Position numbers and translations under genes: made by a program. A stretch of 64,000 nt of DNA from Actinomycetota bacterium (GTDB lineage: Bacteria > Actinomycetota > Acidimicrobiia > Spongiisociales > ZC4RG35). The stretch covers positions 13,038-77,037 of the forward strand of contig JBQTHI010000012.1 of the NCBI GenBank assembly GCA_052390035.1. The letters are read 5' to 3'. The notes beneath the pieces are model-generated. The model made no database searches and was not told where the DNA came from. It saw only the letters and a list, made by a program, of their open reading frames with translations. Shown piece after piece: positions 19,843-29,306 of the stretch (its first letter is position 1; the number at the start of each line of letters is the position of its first letter).

Positions 19843-21566
19843 TCATTCGCACCCACCTAGCCGCCGAAACCACCGCCGAGGTGGGCAAGGCGGTCACGCT
19901 GGCAGGCTGGGTAGCCAAACGTCGCGATCACGGGGGGGTGGCATTCCTCGATTTGCGCGACTCGTCCGGACTAGTTCAAGTCGTCGCCGACCCGGCGGTT
20001 CTGGCAGTCGTCGAAGAACTGCGGATGGAATATTGCGTCAGGGTCACCGGGGAGGTCAGACCTCGACCACCCGGCACCATCAATGAAGACCTGATGACCG
20101 GAGCGGTGGAGGTAGCGGCCTCGGGCATCGAGGTCATAAGCACGGCCGACCCACTGCCGTTCATGCTTGATGACCGGACCGAAGTCGACGAGCTCACCCG
20201 CCTCGAGTTCCGATACTTGGATCTTCGCCGTCCCCGGATGGCTGCCAATTTGCGGGCTCGGTCACGGGCCGTGACAGCGATCCGCCGCGCCCTTGACCGG
20301 CTGGGCTTCCTCGAGGTGGAGACACCCACCCTGATCAGGTCGACCCCGGAAGGGGCCCGCGATGTCCTCGTCCCCAGCCGCCTCCGACCGGGAAACTTCT
20401 ACGCGCTTCCCCAGTCACCCCAGCTGTTCAAGCAGCTTCTGATGATCTCCGGGTTGGAACGGTACTTCCAGATCGCCCGCTGCTATCGGGACGAAGACTT
20501 CCGGTCCGACCGCCAGCTCGAGTTCACCCAACTCGACTTGGAAGGGGCCTTTTGGGATGAGGCCGGCGTCCAGGCCTCGATCGAAGAGGCCATCGCCGCG
20601 GTCGTCACCGAGCTAAGGGATGAACCACCCGAGGTGCCCTTTACCAAGATCACCTGGCAGGAGTCGATGGAGCGGTTCGGCGTCGACAAGCCCGATCTGC
20701 GCTTCGGGATGGAGATCACCGACCTCTCCGCCGTCTTCGCCGACACCGGCTTTAAGGGGTTCGCCGCCAGCCTCGAGACCGGAGGGGTGGTAAGAGGCAT
20801 CAACAGCGGTCCCCGGCCGTTCTCACGATCCCAAGCCGAGGCTCTGACCGTGGACGCCAAAACGGCGGGCGCCACCGGCCTGGTTTGGCTAGTGGTCGAA
20901 CAGGATGGGTCGCTGCGGTCACCGGTCGCCAAGTTTCTGTCCGAGCACGAGCTTCAAGCGATCAAAGACCAACTGGTGGCCAAGGCCGGAGACGTCTTGT
21001 TTCTGGTAGCCGACCGGTGGCGGACGGCGGTCGAAGTGCTTGGACTTCTTCGGCTCAAGTTGGGCCGTCCCGAAGGCCATGACCAACTCGCCTTCGCCTG
21101 GATCACCGACTTTCCCATGTTCGAAGAGGGCGCCGACGGCCTGACCTTCCTCCATCACCCGTTCACATCACCCCAGGACGTGGCCGTGATGGGTGAGAGG
21201 CCAACCGAAGCCCTTGCCCGTGCGTATGACGTCGTGGTCAACGGAATCGAACTGGGATCCGGCTCGATCAGGATCCATGATCCGGCGGTTCAGCGTCAGG
21301 TCTTCGAGATCCTCGGGATCGGCGAGGCGGAACAGGAGTCGCGTTTCGGCTGGTTTCTGCGAGCCCTCCGGTTCGGCACTCCTCCCCACGGCGGGTTTGC
21401 CTTTGGCATCGATCGGCTGGTCATGGTCCTCCAAAACGAAGCCAACATCCGCGAAGTCATCGCCTTTCCCAAGACCCAGACCGGACTTGACCCGCTCACC
21501 GGCTCACCCACCCCGGTCGAGCAGGGCCAGCTAGACGAGCTGGGAATCCGCCTGGTTCCCGGGTGA
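19839..21566 (+). CDS. aspS: aspartate--tRNA ligase
   Basis: [26 protein letters not shown] and [10 protein letters not shown]. The start is ATGA-coupled to hisS. Confidence 0.95.
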   Translation: MIIRTHLAAETTAEVGKAVTLAGWVAKRRDHGGVAFLDLRDSSGLVQVVADPAVLAVVEELRMEYCVRVTGEVRPRPPGTINEDLMTGAVEVAASGIEVISTADPLPFMLDDRTEVDELTRLEFRYLDLRRPRMAANLRARSRAVTAIRRALDRLGFLEVETPTLIRSTPEGARDVLVPSRLRPGNFYALPQSPQLFKQLLMISGLERYFQIARCYRDEDFRSDRQLEFTQLDLEGAFWDEAGVQASIEEAIAAVVTELRDEPPEVPFTKITWQESMERFGVDKPDLRFGMEITDLSAVFADTGFKGFAASLETGGVVRGINSGPRPFSRSQAEALTVDAKTAGATGLVWLVVEQDGSLRSPVAKFLSEHELQAIKDQLVAKAGDVLFLVADRWRTAVEVLGLLRLKLGRPEGHDQLAFAWITDFPMFEEGADGLTFLHHPFTSPQDVAVMGERPTEALARAYDVVVNGIELGSGSIRIHDPAVQRQVFEILGIGEAEQESRFGWFLRALRFGTPPHGGFAFGIDRLVMVLQNEANIREVIAFPKTQTGLDPLTGSPTPVEQGQLDELGIRLVPG

Positions 21567-22867
21567 GCGACCTCTTCTCGGCCAGGGCGGAAGAGGTGCT
21601 GGCTCAGGGTGCCCCGCTCGCCACCCGGATGCGGCCGGTCAGCCTAGGGGAGGTGGTCGGTCAGCCGGAGATGCTCGGCGCCGGGGCGGCATTCCGACGG
21701 TTGGTCGAACAGGGTAGGCCGGTGTCGATGATTCTGTGGGGTCCACCCGGCACCGGCAAGACGACCCTGGCCCGGTTGGTGGCCGACCAGAGCAACGCCG
21801 TTTTCGAAACCCTGTCGGCCACTTCGGCCGGGGTCAAAGACATCCGTGAGGTGCTGGCCCGCGCCAGGGAGCGGCTCGCCGGCGAAGAGAAGCGAACTGT
21901 TCTGTTCCTAGACGAGATTCACCGATTCGCCAAGAACCAGCAGGATGCACTACTCCCGGGCGTCGAGGACGGCACTCTCATCCTGGTTGGCGCCACGACC
22001 GAGAACCCGTTCTTCGAGGTGAATTCGCCGCTCATCTCCCGCTCCACCATCTTTCGGCTCAAACCCCTCGATGCCGCCGACATCACAGTTCTGGTCGACC
22101 GCTCTCTCGCCGACGATCGGCGGGGCCTGGGGAGTCTCAAACTTCAGATCGACGACGAGGCGAAAGCTGCGCTGGCCGGTCGGAGCGGCGGTGACGCCCG
22201 GCTAGCCCTCAACGCCCTCGAAGTCGCCGCCCATCTCGCCACCGGAAGGGGGGCGCGGCTGATCGAAGCGGCCGACGTGGAAGAGGCCCTACAGCGGCGA
22301 ATCATCCGTTATGACAAGACCGGCGATCAGCACTACGACGTCATCTCGGCGTTCATCAAGAGCATGCGTGGCTCCGACCCTGACGCCGCGGTGTTTTGGC
22401 TGCAACTCATGATCAACGCCGGCGAAGATCCCGAGTTCATAGCGCGCCGAATGGTGATTTTCGCCTCTGAAGACATCGGGCTGGCCGACCCTCAGGCCCT
22501 CCCCATCGCGGTGGCCGCCGCTCATGCCCTGGCCTATGTCGGTCTCCCCGAGGCCTCATACAACCTCACCCAGGCCTGCCTCTACCTGGCCACCGCCCCC
22601 AAGTCGAATTCGGTGGCGATCGCCATCGGGCTCGCCAACGAGGCAGTGGCGGCTGCCGACTCCCCCCGAGTACCTCTTCATCTTCGCTCGAGTGGGGGGA
22701 AGGGTTACATCTACCCGCATGATCGCCCCGGCCATGTGGTCGCCCAGCAATATTGGCCCGATGGTGATCAACCCCGCATCCTCTACCGACCGGGAGACCT
22801 GGGAGATGAAGCCCGGATAAAAGACCGACAAGCCGGAAACGACCGGACGCTGGGCAAAGAGCGATGA
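21563..22867 (+). CDS. rarA: replication-associated recombination protein A (AAA+ ATPase)
   Basis: Walker A GPPGTGKTTLA, Walker B LFLDEIHRF, and a MgsA C-terminal domain (HYDVISAFIKSMRGSDPDAA). Confidence 0.9.
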   Translation: MSDLFSARAEEVLAQGAPLATRMRPVSLGEVVGQPEMLGAGAAFRRLVEQGRPVSMILWGPPGTGKTTLARLVADQSNAVFETLSATSAGVKDIREVLARARERLAGEEKRTVLFLDEIHRFAKNQQDALLPGVEDGTLILVGATTENPFFEVNSPLISRSTIFRLKPLDAADITVLVDRSLADDRRGLGSLKLQIDDEAKAALAGRSGGDARLALNALEVAAHLATGRGARLIEAADVEEALQRRIIRYDKTGDQHYDVISAFIKSMRGSDPDAAVFWLQLMINAGEDPEFIARRMVIFASEDIGLADPQALPIAVAAAHALAYVGLPEASYNLTQACLYLATAPKSNSVAIAIGLANEAVAAADSPRVPLHLRSSGGKGYIYPHDRPGHVVAQQYWPDGDQPRILYRPGDLGDEARIKDRQAGNDRTLGKER

Positions 22868-24111
22868 AAGCGAGGCTGGTGTATTGGCTGCTGATCGTGG
22901 CGGCTTGTGCACAATCGCCGGACACCCCATCCTCGGGGACCGTCCATGTCGCTCCGGCGAGTGGCCCGGTCGTCCCAACTTCGGCCGCTACCACCGCACC
23001 CTCAACGACCTCCCCGCAACCAGTGGGCACCACTGCGCCGGAGCCGATCACGACCACCACGATCTCCCCGCTCCTCGGACTCGAGCTGGAAACCGTGGTC
23101 GATGGGCTTACTCAGCCCGTCCTTCTCCTGAGCCCTCCGGGGGAGTCGCGGCGGATGGTGGTGGAACGGACCGGGGTGGTGCGGGTGCTCGACCCAACCG
23201 GGATCCTCCAGCCCCAGCCCTTTCTCGATTTGCGTGACCGGGTCAACAGCGGCGGCATCGAGCAAGGTCTTCTGGGCATGGCCTTCCACCCCGATTTTGC
23301 CGAGAACGGACGCTTTTTCGTCTACTACTACCGCCAGGGTGTCGAGCAGACACGACTCTCCGAGTTCACCGTCGGGGAGAAGACCGCGGAGAGCGAACGA
23401 CCGCTGCTCACCATCGACAAGCCGACGGTACGTCACAACGGCGGGATGCTCCTTTTTGGGCCGGACCGTTTTCTCTGGCTTTCGCTCGGGGAGGGTGGCG
23501 CCGCCTCGATCAATTCCCAGGATCCCTACAGGCTGCTGTCGGCCATCCTCCGCATTGACATCGACCAGGGAGAGCCTTATGGCATCCCGCCCGACAACCC
23601 CTACCGGGACGGTGGAGGCGCTCCCGAGGTGTGGGCCAAGGGCCTTCGCAACCCGTGGAGATTCTCGATCGACGGCAACCTGATCTACATCGCCGACGTC
23701 GGACATTCGGACTACGAAGAGATCGACGTGGTTCCTCTCGGCGGTGCCCCTTACAATTTCGGATGGCTCCGAATGGAAGGCACCCACTGCTTCCAGCGGG
23801 GCTGTGATCCGGTGGCGGAGAGCCTCACGCTGCCAGTGGTCGAATACACCCACGCCGATGGATGTTCGGTTACCGGCGGATTCGTATACCGAGGGTCTGG
23901 CATACCCGAGTTGACCGGCCACTACTTCTACTCGGACTGGTGCGGTGAATGGATCAGGAGCTTTGTCTATGAGGGAGGGGAGGTTGTCGACCACCAGACC
24001 CGGTTCGAGGGAGTGGGTCAGGTCAACAGCTTCGGCCTCGACGGCGACGGCGAGCTCTATGTCCTCACCTACGACGGCGCAGTCAAAAAGCTCGTCGGGA
24101 AACGGCAGTAG
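22864..24111 (+). CDS. lipoprotein, PQQ-dependent (soluble) sugar dehydrogenase family beta-propeller
   Basis: Signal peptide with lipobox LIVAAC, then a Thr/Pro-rich linker, then GLLGMAFHPDF, HNGGMLLFGPD and GLRNPWRFSID, which are blocks typical of the sGDH/sorbosone dehydrogenase family. Confidence 0.7.
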   Translation: MKARLVYWLLIVAACAQSPDTPSSGTVHVAPASGPVVPTSAATTAPSTTSPQPVGTTAPEPITTTTISPLLGLELETVVDGLTQPVLLLSPPGESRRMVVERTGVVRVLDPTGILQPQPFLDLRDRVNSGGIEQGLLGMAFHPDFAENGRFFVYYYRQGVEQTRLSEFTVGEKTAESERPLLTIDKPTVRHNGGMLLFGPDRFLWLSLGEGGAASINSQDPYRLLSAILRIDIDQGEPYGIPPDNPYRDGGGAPEVWAKGLRNPWRFSIDGNLIYIADVGHSDYEEIDVVPLGGAPYNFGWLRMEGTHCFQRGCDPVAESLTLPVVEYTHADGCSVTGGFVYRGSGIPELTGHYFYSDWCGEWIRSFVYEGGEVVDHQTRFEGVGQVNSFGLDGDGELYVLTYDGAVKKLVGKRQ

Positions 24112-24123
24112 TCTCGGATCTCG

Positions 24124-24294
24124 ATGCTCGATCGGATCTGGTGGTTCGTGGCAGGGCTGGTCGCCGGGGCCGTGGTCACCGTGCGCGCCCTGGGCCGTAA
24201 GCCAGGGCTGGCGGACCTTCGAGCGGCGTCCACCGTCACCGCGGCCGATGTGCTCGCCCTGACCGCTCGACTGGTGAGGCCCAAGAACCCCTGA
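24124..24294 (+). CDS. small membrane protein (56 aa), possibly DUF6167-like
   Basis: Below the track size cutoff. My translation: MLDRIWWFVAGLVAGAVVTVRALGRKPGLADLRAASTVTAADVLALTARLVRPKNP. One N-terminal TM helix, and it fills the only gap upstream of alaS. Similar small proteins precede alaS in other actinobacteria, as far as I recall. Confidence 0.4.
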   Translation: MLDRIWWFVAGLVAGAVVTVRALGRKPGLADLRAASTVTAADVLALTARLVRPKNP

Positions 24295-24336
24295 GGCCAA
24301 TTGGCTTGGGACCGATCGGTAACCTGGCTCATCCCG

Positions 24337-26964
24337 ATGGACAGCCACCAGATTCGCCGCACGTTTCTCGACTTCTTCGTCGAGCGGGGCCATGTCATTC
24401 GTCCATCGGCTTCGCTGATCCCCCTCGACCCGACATTGCTCCTCACCAACGCCGGGATGGTCCCCTTCAAGCCCTATTTCTTGGGGGAGGAGCCGGCACC
24501 GTATCGGCGGGCGGTCACCGTCCAGAAAGTTGCCCGCACCGTCGACATCGACATCATCGGGACCACCGAGCGGCATCTCTCCTTCTTCGAGATGCTGGGC
24601 AACTTCAGTTTTGGCGACTACTTCAAGGAGTCAGCGATCGCTTGGGCCTATGAGCTGGTCACGACCCGCTTCGGCCTCGATCCCGACCGGCTCTGGTTCA
24701 CGGTGTATGAGACCGACGAGGAAGCCAAGGCGATATGGATCGACCAGGTCGGAGTCCCCGAGGAGAGGGTGCAGCTCGGAGGCCGAGACAACTTCTGGCA
24801 GATGGGGGTGCCGGGGCCGTGCGGACCGTGTTCGGAGATCTTTTACGACCGAGGACCAAGCCACGGGTCGGCGGGTGGGCCGATCGGAGGCGGTGAAGAG
24901 AGGTTCGTTGAAATCTGGAACCTCGTCTTCATGCAGAACATTCAAGACGAGCCCTACCACGTCATCGGGGACCTTCCTGCCAAGAACATCGACACGGGTA
25001 TGGGGCTCGAACGGATGGCGGCGGTGCTGCAGGACGTGAGCAACGTTTTCGAAACCGATGCGATTCAGCCGACGCTCGACACCGCCGCCCGCACCACCGG
25101 GGTGGCATATGGCGCCGCCCCCGGGTCGGATGTCTCGCTGCGGATCCTGGCCGATCACGGCCGAACCATGACGATGTTGATCGGTGACGGGGTGGTCCCG
25201 TCCAACGAGGGGCGGGGATATGTGCTGCGTCGCATACTTCGCCGGGCGGTACGTCACGCCTGGCAGCTTGACCATCACGATCGCGCCAGGTTGATCACCC
25301 CCGCCCTGGTCGAGTCGGTCGTGGCCAACCTTGGCGACTCTTATCCGGACCTGGTCGATCGGGCCGGCCTCATCATGTCGATCGTCGAGCGCGAGGAGTC
25401 AGCCTTTCGGAGGACGCTGGCCTCCGGTCATCAGCTGCTCGATGTCGAGCTTGAGGGAAAGTCGAGCCTGGCGGGAAGCGTCGCCTTCCGGCTGCACGAC
25501 ACCTATGGATTCCCGATAGAGCTGACCACCGAGATCGCCACCGAGCGCGGGGTCGAGGTCGACCGCCATGGGTTTGACGAGGAGATGGCGGCGCAGCGGG
25601 ACCGAGCGCGCAAGGCCTGGCGGGGCGGTGACACCATCGCCGCCGGTCAGCTCTACACCAGGGTCCTCGACGAGGTGGGACTAACTCGATTCACCGGTTA
25701 TGAGCTCGAAGCCGATCGGGGCCGGGTATTGGCCATCCTGCGCGAAGGAGAGTCGGTCGAACGAGCCCATGCCGGCCAGGAAGTCGAGGTCTTCTGTGAC
25801 ACATCGCCTTTTTATGGTGAATCGGGGGGACAGGTGGGTGACACCGGATCGATTGTCACCGGCACCGGGGTGCTGGCGGTGAACGACACCCAGCTCGCCG
25901 TCGCGGGGCTTCACAGTCACCGCGGAAAGATCACCTCGGGGCACCTCGAGACCGGCCAGGACGCTGAGCTGGCGATCGACAGCCCCAGACGAGAGCGAAT
26001 TCGCAAATCGCATACCGGCACCCACGTCCTCCATTGGGCGCTGCGAGCGGTGCTCGGGTCTCATGCCCATCAAGCCGGTTCCCTGGTTGAAGCTGGGCGG
26101 CTCCGCTTTGACTTCTCCCACTTTGCCGCGGTGGCCGCCCCCGAACTGGCCGAGGTCGAATCCCTGGCCAACCAACGCCTCATCGAGAACGGAACCGTGA
26201 CCACCCGCATCACGAGCAAGGAGGAGGCCGAGCGGCAAGGGGCACTCGCCTTCTTCGGGGACAAATACGGCGACACCGTCCGGCTTGTCCGGATTGGCGG
26301 CTTCTCGGTTGAGCTGTGCGGAGGCACCCATACCCACACGGCCGGCCAGGTCGGCCCACTCCTGGTGATCGGTGAGGCATCGATCGGATCCAACCTTCGT
26401 CGCGTGGAGGCCCTCACCGGGGATTTCGCCTATCGCCAGCTCACCGAGTGGCGGGCAGACCTCACGACAGCCGGACGTGCGCTGCGCGCCGCCCCATCGG
26501 AGGTGCCCGACCGGGTTAGGACCCTGCTCGGCCGGATCGAGGAACTAGAGGACAGTCTCGACCGTTATCGACAGCGCGATCGAGAGTCGGCCGCCGCCGA
26601 CCTCGTTTCGCGGTCGCAGCAAGTCGGGGCGACCGCCTTGCTGGTGGAAAGCTGGCCCGACCTCAACCCCGAACAGCTGCGCCTGTTGGCCCTCGCTGTA
26701 CGCGACCGTCTCAACGCGGGAGTGATCGTCATTGGCTCGACCACCGACGGGAAAGGGTCCCTGGTGGCGACGGTCAGCCCCGAGCTGGTCGCCGAGGGGA
26801 TCTCGGCCGCCGATCTGGCGGCGGTGGGGGCCAAGGTGCTCGGCGGTGGGGGCAGTCGCGATCCCGCCCTCGCCCAAGCCGGCGGTCCGCAGGGTGGCAG
26901 GCTGGCGGCCGCCCTGGACGCGGTCAGGGAGGCGGCCGCCGCCCGGCTCACCGTTCGATCTTGA
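24337..26964 (+). CDS. alaS: alanine--tRNA ligase
   Basis: FFEMLGNFSFGDYFK, editing-domain HTGTHVLH...CGGTH, and a C-terminal DHHA1-like region. The start was trimmed to MDSHQIRRTFLDFF. Confidence 0.95.
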   Translation: MDSHQIRRTFLDFFVERGHVIRPSASLIPLDPTLLLTNAGMVPFKPYFLGEEPAPYRRAVTVQKVARTVDIDIIGTTERHLSFFEMLGNFSFGDYFKESAIAWAYELVTTRFGLDPDRLWFTVYETDEEAKAIWIDQVGVPEERVQLGGRDNFWQMGVPGPCGPCSEIFYDRGPSHGSAGGPIGGGEERFVEIWNLVFMQNIQDEPYHVIGDLPAKNIDTGMGLERMAAVLQDVSNVFETDAIQPTLDTAARTTGVAYGAAPGSDVSLRILADHGRTMTMLIGDGVVPSNEGRGYVLRRILRRAVRHAWQLDHHDRARLITPALVESVVANLGDSYPDLVDRAGLIMSIVEREESAFRRTLASGHQLLDVELEGKSSLAGSVAFRLHDTYGFPIELTTEIATERGVEVDRHGFDEEMAAQRDRARKAWRGGDTIAAGQLYTRVLDEVGLTRFTGYELEADRGRVLAILREGESVERAHAGQEVEVFCDTSPFYGESGGQVGDTGSIVTGTGVLAVNDTQLAVAGLHSHRGKITSGHLETGQDAELAIDSPRRERIRKSHTGTHVLHWALRAVLGSHAHQAGSLVEAGRLRFDFSHFAAVAAPELAEVESLANQRLIENGTVTTRITSKEEAERQGALAFFGDKYGDTVRLVRIGGFSVELCGGTHTHTAGQVGPLLVIGEASIGSNLRRVEALTGDFAYRQLTEWRADLTTAGRALRAAPSEVPDRVRTLLGRIEELEDSLDRYRQRDRESAAADLVSRSQQVGATALLVESWPDLNPEQLRLLALAVRDRLNAGVIVIGSTTDGKGSLVATVSPELVAEGISAADLAAVGAKVLGGGGSRDPALAQAGGPQGGRLAAALDAVREAAAARLTVRS

Positions 26965-27383
26965 GCAGCTCCGGCGGCGGCGGGCGAATCCTCGGGGTCG
27001 ATCACGGCTCCAGACGGGTCGGGGTGGCCGTATCCGATTCACTTCACATCACCGCCCAACCGCTTGAGGTGGTGGAGCGAAACCGCGCCGTCGCCCGGAT
27101 CGTCGAACTTGCCTCCCGCTACGAGGTGGACACCATCGTCGTTGGGCTTCCCACCTCCCTCGACGGAACCGAACGGATGGCAGCCACGGCGGCCCGGGCA
27201 TTTGCCGCCGACCTGGGTGCCGCCACCGGTTTGCCGGTGGAAATGGTCGACGAACGCTTTACCTCCTCGACGGCGGAGAAGGTGATGTTGGAGGGCGGTA
27301 TCAGGCGGAGACGCCGCCGCCAAAACATCGATAAGGTCGCCGCCGCCATTATCCTCCAGACCTTCCTGGACCGCTCTCGATGA
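26961..27383 (+). CDS. ruvX: Holliday junction resolvase-like nuclease RuvX/YqgF
   Basis: ILGVDHGSRRVGVAVSD, DERFTS and AAAIILQTFLD. The start is TTGA-coupled to alaS. Confidence 0.85.
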   Translation: MSSSGGGGRILGVDHGSRRVGVAVSDSLHITAQPLEVVERNRAVARIVELASRYEVDTIVVGLPTSLDGTERMAATAARAFAADLGAATGLPVEMVDERFTSSTAEKVMLEGGIRRRRRRQNIDKVAAAIILQTFLDRSR

Positions 27384-28459
27384 GTCCTTCTTCCATTTTT
27401 CAGTCGCGGTGGGTTCGCGTCGCCCTCGGGTTGGGGGTGAGCGCCTTTGTCGTGGTGGTGACTGCCACAGGTTTGGCGCGCCTGATCGGCGGCGCGGTTG
27501 GCAATGACCGAGCCGCATCGACCGCCGTTTCGGTTGCCCCCGGCCTCGACATCGAAGTCACCATCCCGGCGGGTGCCAGTGGCCGTCAGATCGGCAACAT
27601 CCTTGCCGAGGCAGGGGTGATCGACTCGGCCAACGAGTTCGAGTTGACGGTTCGTGACCAGGGGATCGCCAATCAGCTTCGCGCCGGAACCTATCAGCTC
27701 ATCACCGGGATGGCCGTGGCAGATGTCCTGCCTGTGCTGCTCCGCGGCCCTGTCGCCGATGCCTATCGCGTCACGGTTCCCGAGGGTCTTAGGGTCACCG
27801 AAATCATCGACGTGTTGGCCGAAGTCTCCAGCATCCCCCGCCAAGACTTCGAGTCGGCATTGACCGACGGTGGGGTTGTGGCCGAACTCCGGGCCATGCC
27901 GGCCGATCCAACCCTGGCTGATTGGGAGGGTCTGCTCTTCCCCGACACCTACGAGTTCTTACGCGGCACTCCTGCCGCCGAAGTGTTGCAAGTCCTGGCC
28001 GACACCATGCGCGAACGGGTCGGCACGGTCGACTGGACCGGCTTGACCGACGCCGGATTTGACGTTTATCAAGGAATCATCATCGCCTCCTTGATCGAGT
28101 CGGAGGTGAAGGTGGCCGAGGAGCGGCCGCTCGTTTCCAGCGTCATCTTCAACCGGATAAACGAGGGGATGCCCCTCCAGATCGACGCCTCGGTCCTCTA
28201 CGGCTTGAGTACCCGCGATGTGAGCCTGTTCGACAACGAGTCCGACACGCCGTACAACCTTTACAAGTATCTGGGCCTCCCACCTACCCCGATCGGCGCC
28301 CCCGGGCGGGCGTCGCTCGAAGCGGCCGCCGGCCCGGTCGTTAGCGATTACCTGTTCTACGTGCTTTCGACCGCCGAAGGCGGACACACCTTCGCCGTGA
28401 CGTACGACGAACATCTAGCCAACATCGAGCGGTCCCGGGCCGAGGGGATCATCCCTTAA
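27380..28459 (+). CDS. mltG: endolytic murein transglycosylase MltG (YceG family)
   Basis: N-terminal TM anchor, IIASLIESE and YNLYKYLGLPPTPIGAPG. It has the conserved position after ruvX. Confidence 0.85.
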   Translation: MSPSSIFQSRWVRVALGLGVSAFVVVVTATGLARLIGGAVGNDRAASTAVSVAPGLDIEVTIPAGASGRQIGNILAEAGVIDSANEFELTVRDQGIANQLRAGTYQLITGMAVADVLPVLLRGPVADAYRVTVPEGLRVTEIIDVLAEVSSIPRQDFESALTDGGVVAELRAMPADPTLADWEGLLFPDTYEFLRGTPAAEVLQVLADTMRERVGTVDWTGLTDAGFDVYQGIIIASLIESEVKVAEERPLVSSVIFNRINEGMPLQIDASVLYGLSTRDVSLFDNESDTPYNLYKYLGLPPTPIGAPGRASLEAAAGPVVSDYLFYVLSTAEGGHTFAVTYDEHLANIERSRAEGIIP

Positions 28460-28480
28460 CAGGGCTCTTATCCTCGGGAG

Positions 28481-29248
28481 ATGAGGTTGGTCCTTATCGG
28501 CGACCCCGTCGCCCACTCCCTTTCCCCTCGAATTCATCAGGCAGCCTTGGATCACCTTGGGATCAGCGGAAGTTACGAAGCCCGCCGGGTCGGAGCGGCC
28601 GGGGTCCGGGCGGCTTTTCGGGAACTCCGAGACGGTGAAATCGACGGGATCAACGTCACCATGCCTCATAAGGCCTTGGCCGCCTCGCTCTGCGACCGGC
28701 TCGATCCTCTCGCGGCCCGGGCCGGATCGGTCAACACCGTGTGGCGTCGAGACGGAAATGTGGAAGGCACATCAACCGACATCACCGGGATGAAGGACGC
28801 CTGGAACGGGCTTCCCGGTATTGGCCCGGTGCTGATTCTGGGGGCCGGGGGAGCCGCCGCGGCCAGTTGCATCGCCCTGGCCAGCCGCCCCACCTACATC
28901 TCGGCCCGCCGGCCGGGCACCGGCCGCCAATTGGGTGACCGGACCGGCCTTGATCTCGGCGAGGTCTTGTGGGGGGTAGCGGTGGTGGGAGCGGTGGTCG
29001 TCAATTGCACCCCCCTCGGTATGAAGGGCGAAACATTGCCACCGCTGGTTCTGGAGCTGGGTTCGGGCCTATTCGATCTCGCCTACGGCCCCGAAACGAC
29101 TCCGGCCGCAGCTTCGGTAAGGGCCGCCGGCCACCAGGTGGTCGAGGGGCGCGAGCTTCTGGTGCGCCAGGCCGCACGCTCTTTTGCGATTTGGACCGAC
29201 CGTCCGGCTCCCCTTGCAATGATGCGCTTGGCTGTGGAAAATCCCTAA
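28481..29248 (+). CDS. aroE: shikimate dehydrogenase
   Basis: IGDPVAHSLSPRIHQAAL, NVTMPHK, GSVNT and the Rossmann motif LGAGGAA. Confidence 0.85.
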   Translation: MRLVLIGDPVAHSLSPRIHQAALDHLGISGSYEARRVGAAGVRAAFRELRDGEIDGINVTMPHKALAASLCDRLDPLAARAGSVNTVWRRDGNVEGTSTDITGMKDAWNGLPGIGPVLILGAGGAAAASCIALASRPTYISARRPGTGRQLGDRTGLDLGEVLWGVAVVGAVVVNCTPLGMKGETLPPLVLELGSGLFDLAYGPETTPAAASVRAAGHQVVEGRELLVRQAARSFAIWTDRPAPLAMMRLAVENP

Positions 29249-29306
29249 AGCAGGCTTGTTGCTGCGCCGAATCCAACGCCATAACCCCGAAGAGAAGGTT
29301 CCAGCC

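Noticed and set aside
23002-24576. 524-aa minus-strand ORF spanning the dehydrogenase gene, the small ORF and the alaS 5' end
   Set aside because: It lies antisense to genes with strong family motifs. Its composition is dominated by R/G/D/E/V/P, as expected for the reverse frame of GC-rich coding DNA. It has no recognisable motif, so I treat it as a GC-driven artefact.
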